This document shows, in pieces, positions 7,505-14,981 of a stretch of 18,162 nt of DNA (its first letter is position 1; each line of letters begins with the position of its first letter). The stretch comes from Candidatus Eiseniibacteriota bacterium (GTDB taxonomy: Bacteria > Eisenbacteria > RBG-16-71-46 > SZUA-252), in NCBI GenBank assembly GCA_031370645.1, contig JANMQV010000090.1:1-18162 (forward strand). The letters are read 5' to 3'. The notes under the pieces are model-generated. The model made no database searches, was not told the origin of the DNA, and saw only the letters and a program-made list of their open reading frames with translations. The translations under genes and the position numbers were made by a program.

Positions 7505-8616
7505 GCGCGACCTTTGCCGGGCGCCCCGTCGGTGGGGGGCCACTTCAGCCCCGGATCGGGGCGCGTCGCTTCGACCGCGCGCTGACGAAGCATGTGATCC
7601 GCGAGCACGAGGCAGGTCATCGCCTCGGCGACGGGGACGACTCGGGGGCAGAGGCAGGGATCGTGGCGGCCGGTGATCGCGAAGTCGCGTTCGGCTCCCG
7701 TGCGATCGACTGTCTTCTGGGGTACCGCGATCGACGACGGTGGCTTCACCGCAATCCGCGCGACGATCGGCTGGCCGGTGGAGATGCCGCCGAGAATTCC
7801 GCCGGCGTGATTCGTTTCGAATCCTCGCGGCGTCATCCGGTCGTTCATCTCCGAGCCCTGGAATTTCGCGGAGCCGAATCCTTCGCCGATCTCGAATCCC
7901 TTCACCGCGCCGATCGACATCAATCCGTGCGCCAGCGTCGCGTCGAGTTTGTCGAAGATCGGATCGCCCCAACCGGCGGGAACGCCGGTCGCAACGATCT
8001 CCACGATGCCGCCGAGCGAATCGCCGCGCTCGCGCGCGGCGAGGATGGCGGCCTCCATCGCGACGGCTGCCTTCGGGTCGGGGGAGCGAACCAGGTTCGA
8101 CTCGGCCGCCGCCCAATCGCGCGCGGACGCGACGATGTCGCCGACCGCGACCGTGCCCGCCTGCACCACGACGCCGGTGCGGGCCAACAACGCTCTTGCC
8201 ACAGCACCTGCAGCGACGCGCGCGACCGTTTCGCGTCCCGAGGAGCGTCCGCTCCCGCGGTAGTCGCGCACCCCATACTTCGCGAGGTAAGTGTGATCGG
8301 CGTGGCCGGGGCGGAACAAATCCTTCAGGTTGGAATAATCCTGCGAGCGTGCGTCCACGCTACGAACGATCATCGCGATCGTGGCGCCGGTGGTGACGCC
8401 CTCGAAGAGCCCTGAGACGATTTCAACGGTGTCGGGTTCGCGGCGCTGCGTCGTGACCGCGCTCTGGCCGGGGCGCCGGCGGTCGAGATCGCGCTGCACC
8501 ATCGCCTGATCCAACGCCAGGCCGGGAGGGCAACCATCCAGGACGACGCCGACGGCGGGACCATGGCTCTCGCCGAACGTCGTCAGCGTGAGAATCTTGC
8601 CGAAGACGCTGCTCAC
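7501..8616 (-). CDS. aroC: Chorismate synthase
   Basis: TTFGESHG, RPGHAD, RGSGRSSGRET, GDSLGG, NHAGGILGGISTG and GRHDPC motifs. GTG start at 8616 overlaps the upstream stop (GTGA). Confidence 0.97.
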   Translation of the reverse strand: MSSVFGKILTLTTFGESHGPAVGVVLDGCPPGLALDQAMVQRDLDRRRPGQSAVTTQRREPDTVEIVSGLFEGVTTGATIAMIVRSVDARSQDYSNLKDLFRPGHADHTYLAKYGVRDYRGSGRSSGRETVARVAAGAVARALLARTGVVVQAGTVAVGDIVASARDWAAAESNLVRSPDPKAAVAMEAAILAARERGDSLGGIVEIVATGVPAGWGDPIFDKLDATLAHGLMSIGAVKGFEIGEGFGSAKFQGSEMNDRMTPRGFETNHAGGILGGISTGQPIVARIAVKPPSSIAVPQKTVDRTGAERDFAITGRHDPCLCPRVVPVAEAMTCLVLADHMLRQRAVEATRPDPGLKWPPTDGAPGKGRA

Positions 8617-9104
8617 CGGGAGTGCTTCTTCGGTTTCTTCATCTTCACGCTCTTCGGCGGCTTCGCTCCCTTGCGGCTCAGTTTCGAGCCCGCCTCGATC
8701 ACGTCGCCCGCCGTGGCGTAGGTGCTCTCGCGCCACGCGAGGTGGCGCCGCACCAACTGCTCGAGATTCCAGAGGTAGGTCGGCCGGATCTTCGCGCGCG
8801 CTCCCGGCACGATCGCCTTGATCTTGTTCCAGACAACCACGTGCTCGCCGGTCGAGTCGAAATAGAGATCCTCGTTCAGCACGCCGCGATTCACCATGCC
8901 CGCGACCATCTCCCAATACGAGGTGACCATCCGGAAGAAGCGATCGAACTCGGTGCCGGACAGATACTGAGCCTCGACTTCCTCCCACGACGTCGCCTTG
9001 AATTCGGAGAGCATCCACTGCCGCGCCTTTCGGAGTTCGGGATCGCGGCGAATTTCGTAGAGGCGGAGCACGAGCTCGGCGTCGGCGGCGGAAGGCTTCG
9101 ACAT
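8613..9104 (-). CDS. Conserved hypothetical protein (DUF4760-like) with a Lys-rich C-tail
   Basis: GGAGG RBS before ATG 9104. ADAELVLRLYEIRRDPELRKARQW...FRMVTSYWEMVAGMVNRG pattern. The family assignment is from recall and unverified. Confidence 0.75.
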   Translation of the reverse strand: MSKPSAADAELVLRLYEIRRDPELRKARQWMLSEFKATSWEEVEAQYLSGTEFDRFFRMVTSYWEMVAGMVNRGVLNEDLYFDSTGEHVVVWNKIKAIVPGARAKIRPTYLWNLEQLVRRHLAWRESTYATAGDVIEAGSKLSRKGAKPPKSVKMKKPKKHSR

Positions 9105-9143
9105 GGCGGGTTCCTCCGTGGATGGATGGTCGGTTCGGGGCCG

Positions 9144-9172
9144 ATTGTGGCGGGGGGATGAGACGTTGTCAA
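9144..9172 (-). promoter_or_regulatory. Sigma70-type promoter for the hypothetical-aroC-fabK operon
   Basis: Minus strand TTGACA (9172-9167), 17 nt spacer, CACAAT (9149-9144). Confidence 0.65.
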
Positions 9173-9195
9173 ACCACGGCGCGGCCGCGTACCCT
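9166..9195 (+). promoter_or_regulatory. Sigma70-type promoter for a probably leaderless rnhA
   Basis: TTGTCA (9166-9171), 18 nt spacer, TACCCT (9190-9195), 6 nt, ATG 9202. No SD sequence. Confidence 0.55.
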
Positions 9196-9201
9196 GCGTC
9201 C

Positions 9202-9621
9202 ATGCGCTATCGCGTTCACACCGACGGAGCCGCGCGCGGGAATCCCGGCCCCGCGGCCATTGGAATCGTGGTCCAGGACGACGCCGGTCACATCATTTAC
9301 GAGGCGAGCCGCTCGCTCGGAACGAAAACGAACAACGAGGCCGAGTATCTCGCGCTGATCGCGGCGCTCGAGTACCTGATGGAGTCGCGGATCGGCGAGG
9401 CCGACTTCTTCCTCGACAGCGAGCTGGTGGTGAAGCAACTGAACGGAGTCTATCGCGTGAAGGAGCCGCGGATGCAGAGCCTTCACGCCCGCGTGACGAT
9501 GCTCTTGAACGCCGTACCGAAGCACTCCTTCAAGCATGTCCGTCGCGCGGACAACGCCCGCGCCGATGCCCTCGCCAACGAGGCGCTCGATGCCGAGGCC
9601 GGGCCGACCCAGCCGGCCTAG
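9202..9621 (+). CDS. rnhA: Ribonuclease HI (short type lacking the basic protrusion)
   Basis: HTDGAARGNPGPAAIG, TNNEAEY, FLDSELVVKQLNG and HVRRADNARADALAN; acidic catalytic residues are present. Confidence 0.93.
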   Translation: MRYRVHTDGAARGNPGPAAIGIVVQDDAGHIIYEASRSLGTKTNNEAEYLALIAALEYLMESRIGEADFFLDSELVVKQLNGVYRVKEPRMQSLHARVTMLLNAVPKHSFKHVRRADNARADALANEALDAEAGPTQPA

Positions 9622-10268
9622 GGAGTCAGGCGCTCCACGAGTTCCGCGAGTTCCACCAAGTCTCGCACTCGCAGGTCCGCCGCACCCGGCCTCGCGTGCG
9701 GGCGCTCCACGAACACGCAGGTGAGCCCGAGCGTCTGGGCGGTGGCGAGGTCGTAGTCGGCGTAGGCTGAGACGTGCCACCACGCCGGGCCGAAGTCCAC
9801 GCCCACTTTCCGCGAGACGTAGCGCCAGACCTCCGGAGATGGCTTGTAGTAACGCGACTCCTCCGCGCAAATCCACGCGCTCAGCCGAAGCCCTAGCCCT
9901 GCTTGCGCCTGGTCGCCATGCTGGCGATCACTGTTGGTCATGGCGGCGCAGGGCGCGACGGCCATGAGCCGCCTCAATCCCTCCGCGGAGTCGGGGTAGG
10001 GCGGCCACGATCCCACCGACGCACCGATGGCATGAGCGGCAGTCGCCGGAAGACTCGCGACTTCCCACAAACTATCGGCGGTGATCTCGGCGTAGCGCTG
10101 AAATGCGCCTCCCTCGGCGCGAGCCTGCGCGTCGATGATCCGATCGAAGCTCCCGTCGTCCCACGCGCCGCCCGCCTCCTCGACCGCGCGGCGCATGCCG
10201 AGGCGCCAGTCGAGGACGGTGCCGAAGATGTCGAACGTCAGAAGCGATGGCCGCGCAACAGGCTGCAT
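9618..10268 (-). CDS. HAD-superfamily hydrolase (2-haloacid dehalogenase-like)
   Basis: Motif I TFDIFGTVLDW, motif II MTNSD, motif III YKPSP and motif IV WHVSAYADYD. The stop overlaps the rnhA stop in CTAG 9618-9621. Confidence 0.88.
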   Translation of the reverse strand: MQPVARPSLLTFDIFGTVLDWRLGMRRAVEEAGGAWDDGSFDRIIDAQARAEGGAFQRYAEITADSLWEVASLPATAAHAIGASVGSWPPYPDSAEGLRRLMAVAPCAAMTNSDRQHGDQAQAGLGLRLSAWICAEESRYYKPSPEVWRYVSRKVGVDFGPAWWHVSAYADYDLATAQTLGLTCVFVERPHARPGAADLRVRDLVELAELVERLTP

Positions 10269-10271
10269 CCC

Positions 10272-10303
10272 TTGATTCTTGGGTGTCCGGACCCTAAGAT
10301 CAA
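10272..10303. promoter_or_regulatory. Quasi-palindromic bidirectional promoter (rnpB on +, HAD gene on -)
   Basis: Plus strand: TTGATT(10272-77)-17-TAAGAT(10295-300). Minus strand: TTGATC(10303-298)-17-AAGAAT(10280-75)-6-ATG 10268. Confidence 0.6.
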
Positions 10304-10334
10304 CCCCGGCAACAAAGGCGGAATTCGATGACTT

Positions 10335-10697
<363 letters not shown>

Positions 10698-10745
10698 AGT
10701 CTCGAATTCGCCTCACTCTCTCCCGCGCGAGGAATCGTCCAGATC

Positions 10746-11669
10746 ATGACCGCCCCCGATCCGGTGCCGGCGCCGGCGCCAGCCGCGCCCGCGACGGGCG
10801 ACGCCAACGCTGCGCGCGCCGCCGTCCCCTCGATCACGCTCGGCCCCTACACGGTCCGATTCGTCTCCGGCGGCCGCTTTCGTCTCGACGGGGGGGCCAT
10901 GTTCGGCGTTGTGCCGAAGACGCTCTGGAATCGCGTGGCGCCGGCGGACGAGAAGAACCGCATTCGAATGGGAATGAACTGCCTTCTCATCGAGGGCAAC
11001 GGAAAGCGGGTTCTCGTCGACGCGGGATCGGGCACGAAGAACGACCCGAAATTCCGCGACATCTACGCCATCGAGCGCCCTGAGGGGTTGCTCGAGGAAC
11101 TCGCGTCGTGCGGCGTTGCCCCGGAGGGGATCGACACGGTGGCGCTGACGCATTTGCATTTCGATCACTGCGGCGGCGGCACCACGCGCGATCCCGACGG
11201 CTCGGTTCGCCCCACGTTCCCGAAGGCGCGATACCTCGCGCGCCGTCAGGAGTGGAACGACGCGCATCACGCGAACGAACGGAACCGCGCCTCTTATTTC
11301 CTCGAGAATTACGATCCGCTTGAGGCCTCGGGGCAATTGACGATCCACGACAACGACATCGAGATCCTCCCCGGCGTCTCCATGAGGTGCCTCCCGGGGC
11401 ACACTCTGGGGCACCAGGGGGTCTTTTTCGACCTGCCGTCGGGGCGGGCGCTCTACACCGTCGATCTGATCCCGACGGTGGCGCACCTACCCCTTCCGTA
11501 CATCATGGGTTACGACCTCTATCCCATGATGACGCTGGAGACGAAGCGTGCGATCCTGGCCGACGCCACCCGGGAGAACTGGCTTTTCCTCTTCGAACAC
11601 GATCCCGACACCTTCGCGGTGCGCGTGGCGGGGAGCGTGGAGAAGCCCGTTTCGGAGAAAGTGGCTTGA
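10746..11669 (+). CDS. Metallo-beta-lactamase-fold hydrolase (YtnP-like)
   Basis: FRLDGGAMFGVVPK, THLHFDHCGG metal motif, PGHTLGHQ, DLIPT, MGYD and FEHDP. Pro/Ala-rich N-terminal extension; GAGGA RBS. Confidence 0.92.
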   Translation: MTAPDPVPAPAPAAPATGDANAARAAVPSITLGPYTVRFVSGGRFRLDGGAMFGVVPKTLWNRVAPADEKNRIRMGMNCLLIEGNGKRVLVDAGSGTKNDPKFRDIYAIERPEGLLEELASCGVAPEGIDTVALTHLHFDHCGGGTTRDPDGSVRPTFPKARYLARRQEWNDAHHANERNRASYFLENYDPLEASGQLTIHDNDIEILPGVSMRCLPGHTLGHQGVFFDLPSGRALYTVDLIPTVAHLPLPYIMGYDLYPMMTLETKRAILADATRENWLFLFEHDPDTFAVRVAGSVEKPVSEKVA

Positions 11670-11695
11670 CAGGGGGAGGTGCAACTTCCTATCCT
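11666..11695 (+). promoter_or_regulatory. Sigma70-type promoter of the nuo operon
   Basis: TTGACA (11666-11671, overlapping the upstream TGA stop), 18 nt spacer, TATCCT (11690-11695). Confidence 0.6.
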
Positions 11696-11702
11696 GCCGC
11701 GA

Positions 11703-11722
11703 TTAGCACCTTTTTTCACGAA
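11703..11722. promoter_or_regulatory. Putative Rex-type operator
   Basis: TTAGCACCTTTTTTCACGAA (reverse complement TTCGTGAAAAAAGGTGCTAA): one good TCGTGAA half-site and one degenerate half-site, at the predicted TSS. Confidence 0.4.
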
Positions 11723-11775
11723 CTAGCGGCGGTCTGGTCGGCGGGCGATAAGCGCCCGGGGAGGCAAGGGAGACG

Positions 11776-12153
11776 GTGGGCCCGGTAGATCCCAATAGCG
11801 TCGCCGCGTTTATCCCCATTCTCATCATGGTGGTGGTGGCGACCGGCTTTGCCGGTTTCACCCTTTTCGCGTCGCATTTCCTCGGGACGCGGATCGACAG
11901 CGTGGCGAAATCGATGCCCTATGAGTGCGGCGTCACCCCGGTCGGCAACGCCCGCGAGCGCTTCAACACGCGCTTCTATCTCGTCGCCATGCTCTTCATC
12001 GTGTTCGACATCGAGACGGTCTTCCTCTACCCCTGGGCCGTCGTCTTCAAGCAGTTGAACGTCTTCGGCCTGATCGAGATGGGCATCTTCCTAGTGGTCC
12101 TCCTCATCGGCTTCTTCTGGGTCTGGGGAAAGGGAGCGCTCGAATGGGATTGA
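11776..12153 (+). CDS. nuoA: NADH-quinone oxidoreductase subunit A
   Basis: KSMPYECGVTP, RFYLVAMLFIVFDIETVFLYPWA and KGALEWD. AAGGGAG RBS before the GTG. Confidence 0.97.
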   Translation: MGPVDPNSVAAFIPILIMVVVATGFAGFTLFASHFLGTRIDSVAKSMPYECGVTPVGNARERFNTRFYLVAMLFIVFDIETVFLYPWAVVFKQLNVFGLIEMGIFLVVLLIGFFWVWGKGALEWD

Positions 12154-12674
12154 GACCCGAACCCGACCAGTTGGACGCTCTCACCGACGACCAGAAGATG
12201 GTCGTGGAGCGGCTTCGCGCGAAGTTCGGCGACGCGGTCCTCGATTCGCAGTCGTTCCGAAAGGAACTATCGATCTGGATCCGGAAAGACGCGCTCCTCG
12301 ACCTGCTCCGCTACGCCAAGGACGACCCGGAACTCCTCTGCGAGATGCTGACCGACGTCACGTCGGTCGACTACCTCGAGCAGCGCGGGCCCGACGAGCC
12401 GCGATATGAACTGATCCACAATCTCTACTCGCTCACCTTCAACCGCCGATTCCTCCTCAAGACGCCCGTTCGCGAGAACGAGACCGTTCCTTCCGCCGTG
12501 TCGGTCTGGAAGAGCGCGGACTATATGGAGCGGGAGGTCTACGACCTCATGGGGCTGGTGTTCGACGGGCATCCCTATCTGGAACGCATCCTGACGCCGG
12601 ACGGCTGGCTGGGGCATCCGCTTCGCAAGGATCACCCGACACGTACGGATCAATTCCCGAACGTCGAGAACTAA
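12144..12674 (+). CDS. nuoC: NADH-quinone oxidoreductase subunit C
   Basis: LTDVTSVDY and SAVSVWKSADYMEREVYDLMGLVFDGHPYLERILTPDGWLGHPLRKD. ATG 12144 lies inside the nuoA end with GGGAG upstream (alternative ATG at 12198). Confidence 0.93.
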   Translation: MGLRPEPDQLDALTDDQKMVVERLRAKFGDAVLDSQSFRKELSIWIRKDALLDLLRYAKDDPELLCEMLTDVTSVDYLEQRGPDEPRYELIHNLYSLTFNRRFLLKTPVRENETVPSAVSVWKSADYMEREVYDLMGLVFDGHPYLERILTPDGWLGHPLRKDHPTRTDQFPNVEN

Positions 12675-12680
12675 GACACC

Positions 12681-13145
12681 GTGCTATCCGCCCAAGCCCG
12701 CCACTCGATCGAAGCGCTGACGACGACGTACGAGACGAACCAGTCCGCGATCATTCCGGCCCTGCATATCGCCCAGGACGATCAGGGGTGGCTGAGCGAG
12801 GAGACGCAGCGCGAGGTGGCGGAACTTCTCGCGCTCACCGAACAGTCGGTGCGCGGCGTGGTGTCGTTCTACACCATGTTCTATCAGCGCCCGGTCGGCC
12901 GGCACGTCTTGCAGGTCTGCCGCAATCTGTCGTGTTGCGTGAAGGGCGGGCATCGCCTCCAGCAGCAGATCGAGGAGAAGCTGGGCATTCACGAAGGAGA
13001 GACGACCACGGACGGCCGCTTCACGCTGATGTCGGTCGAGTGCCTCGGTTCATGCGGCACCGCCCCCGTTTTGATGGTCAACGACGACTATCACGAAAAT
13101 CTGACGGCCCAGGATGTGGATCGTCTCCTAACGGAGCTCAAGTAG
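12681..13145 (+). CDS. nuoE: NADH-quinone oxidoreductase subunit E (2Fe-2S)
   Basis: SAIIPALHIAQDDQGWL, VVSFYTMF, CRNLSC and ECLGSCGTAP, giving a complete 2Fe-2S ligand set. Confidence 0.95.
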   Translation: MLSAQARHSIEALTTTYETNQSAIIPALHIAQDDQGWLSEETQREVAELLALTEQSVRGVVSFYTMFYQRPVGRHVLQVCRNLSCCVKGGHRLQQQIEEKLGIHEGETTTDGRFTLMSVECLGSCGTAPVLMVNDDYHENLTAQDVDRLLTELK

Positions 13146-13151
13146 CCGCCC

Positions 13152-14138
13152 GTGGATCTCGCCCTCTTCATCGAAGCGGTCATCAAAGTCCTCATCGTGC
13201 TTGGATTCACGCTGGTGGCCGTTCCGCTCATCGTTTGGATGGAGCGGAAGGTGCTGGGGCACATGCAGGACCGGATTGGCCCCGAGCGCGTCGGCCCCTT
13301 CGGGATTCTCCAAACGATCGCCGACGGGATGAAGCTCTTCATGAAGGAAGACCTCGTCCCCGCGCAGGCGGACAAGGCGGTCTACTTCCTCGCCCCGGCC
13401 ATCTCCATCATCACGGCGCTCGTCGCCATGACGGTCATTCCGTGGGGCGACACGTTCACCCTCTTCGGCCGGACAATCGGGCTCCACATCACCGACGTGA
13501 ACGTCGCCGTGCTCTTCCTCCTCGGCACCACGTCGATGGGGGTCTACGGCATCGTCCTCGGCGGCTGGGCCTCGAATTCGAAGTATCCGCTCCTCGGCGG
13601 CCTTCGCTCCTCGGCCCAGATGATCTCCTACGAATTGGCGCAGGGGATCGCGATCGTGCCGATCATCATGATCACCGGGAGCCTCTCGCTCGCGGAGATC
13701 GGGCGCGCGCAGGCGAAGATGTGGTTCGTCGTTCCACAGTTTTTCGGATTCCTGATCTTCCTCATCTGCTCCGTGGCGGAGACGAATCGCGCGCCCTTCG
13801 ACTTGGCCGAGGCCGAATCGGAGCTGGTAGCGGGGTTTCACACCGAGTTCTCGAGCATGAAGTTCGCGCTCTACTTCCTCGCCGAGTACGCGAACATGAT
13901 GGTCGTGTCGGGCGTGGCGATCACCTGCTTCCTCGGCGCCTGGTTCGGGCCGGTCTTTCCTGGCCCGGTCTGGTTCCTCATCAAACTGACGCTCTTCCTC
14001 TTCTTCTATATCTGGCTGCGGGCCACGTTTCCGCGGCTTCGCTACGACCAGCTGATGAGTTTCGGCTGGAAGGTCCTGCTGCCCGCGTCGCTTCTGAACA
14101 TGGCGGTGACGGCGGTCGTCCTGGTGTTGAAGGGATAG
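13152..14138 (+). CDS. nuoH: NADH-quinone oxidoreductase subunit H
   Basis: ERKVLGHMQDRIGP, AQMISYE, AETNRAPFDLAEAESELVAGFHTEFS and RATFPRLRYDQLM. Confidence 0.98.
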   Translation: MDLALFIEAVIKVLIVLGFTLVAVPLIVWMERKVLGHMQDRIGPERVGPFGILQTIADGMKLFMKEDLVPAQADKAVYFLAPAISIITALVAMTVIPWGDTFTLFGRTIGLHITDVNVAVLFLLGTTSMGVYGIVLGGWASNSKYPLLGGLRSSAQMISYELAQGIAIVPIIMITGSLSLAEIGRAQAKMWFVVPQFFGFLIFLICSVAETNRAPFDLAEAESELVAGFHTEFSSMKFALYFLAEYANMMVVSGVAITCFLGAWFGPVFPGPVWFLIKLTLFLFFYIWLRATFPRLRYDQLMSFGWKVLLPASLLNMAVTAVVLVLKG

Positions 14139-14142
14139 TCTG

Positions 14143-14661
14143 ATGGCCCTCGAGCCCATCCTGTTCGTCTTCTTCGCCACGGTCGCGATCCTGAGCGCGC
14201 TCGGCGTCATCTTTCATCGGAATCCGGTCCACTGCGCGCTCCTTCTGGTCGCCGTGCTTCTATCGTTGTCGGGTCTCTTCGTTCTCTTGAACGCGCAGTT
14301 CATCGCGGCGCTCCAGGTGATCGTCTACGCGGGCGCCATCATGGTGCTCTTCCTCTTCGTGCTCATGCTCCTTAACTTCCGCGGCGAGTCGAGTGTCCTC
14401 TCGCCCGGGGCCGCGAAGGGATTCGGATTCCTCTTCGCACTCCTCGTCCTGGTGGAACTCCTCTGGACGGCGCTCTCGCCGAACGGCGGGGAAGGCGGTG
14501 GGATGGCCCCGCCGGCGACGCTGCCGGCCGATTTCGGGTCGCCCGCGGCCATCGGACGAATCCTCTACACGACGTGGCTCTATCCGTTCGAGATCACCTC
14601 GATCCTGCTCCTCGTGGCGGTGATCGGCGCCGTGGTCTTGGCCAAGAGGAAGTTCGCCTGA
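14143..14661 (+). CDS. nuoJ: NADH-quinone oxidoreductase subunit J
   Basis: [34 protein letters not shown] and [21 protein letters not shown]. Confidence 0.97.
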   Translation: MALEPILFVFFATVAILSALGVIFHRNPVHCALLLVAVLLSLSGLFVLLNAQFIAALQVIVYAGAIMVLFLFVLMLLNFRGESSVLSPGAAKGFGFLFALLVLVELLWTALSPNGGEGGGMAPPATLPADFGSPAAIGRILYTTWLYPFEITSILLLVAVIGAVVLAKRKFA

Positions 14662-14975
14662 TGCAGACGCTCGCCGTACCGCTCGTCGCCTACCAGATTC
14701 TGGCCGCGGTCCTCTTCACGATCGGGGTCGTGGGAGTGCTGGTGCGACGGAGCGCGCTCATCATTTTCATGTCGGTCGAACTGATGCTGAATGCCGTAAA
14801 TCTCTCGTTCGTGGCGTTCTCGCGGCAGCACGGCTCCATGGACGGCCACATCTTTGTCTTCTTCGTCATGGCGGTCGCCGCGGCGGAGGTGGCGATCGGG
14901 CTCGCGATCCTGGTCGCGATCTTCCGCAAGAAGGAAACCGCCAACGTGGACGAAGTCCACCTCTTGAAGGGTTAG
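14661..14975 (+). CDS. nuoK: NADH-quinone oxidoreductase subunit K
   Basis: [19 protein letters not shown] and [20 protein letters not shown] overlap with nuoJ. Confidence 0.97.
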   Translation: MQTLAVPLVAYQILAAVLFTIGVVGVLVRRSALIIFMSVELMLNAVNLSFVAFSRQHGSMDGHIFVFFVMAVAAAEVAIGLAILVAIFRKKETANVDEVHLLKG

Positions 14976-14981
14976 GCAACG

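Noticed and set aside
6524-8116. 530 aa ORF suggesting an N-terminally extended FabK or an AroC-FabK fusion
   Set aside because: The first ~200 aa are an Arg-rich off-frame reading of aroC. FabK homology starts at GTG 7504, and aroC has its own stop.
8617-9018. N-terminal extension of aroC in the ORF track (505 aa)
   Set aside because: It overlaps the upstream hypothetical gene in another frame. AroC homology starts at SSVFGKILTLTTFGESHG (GTG 8616).
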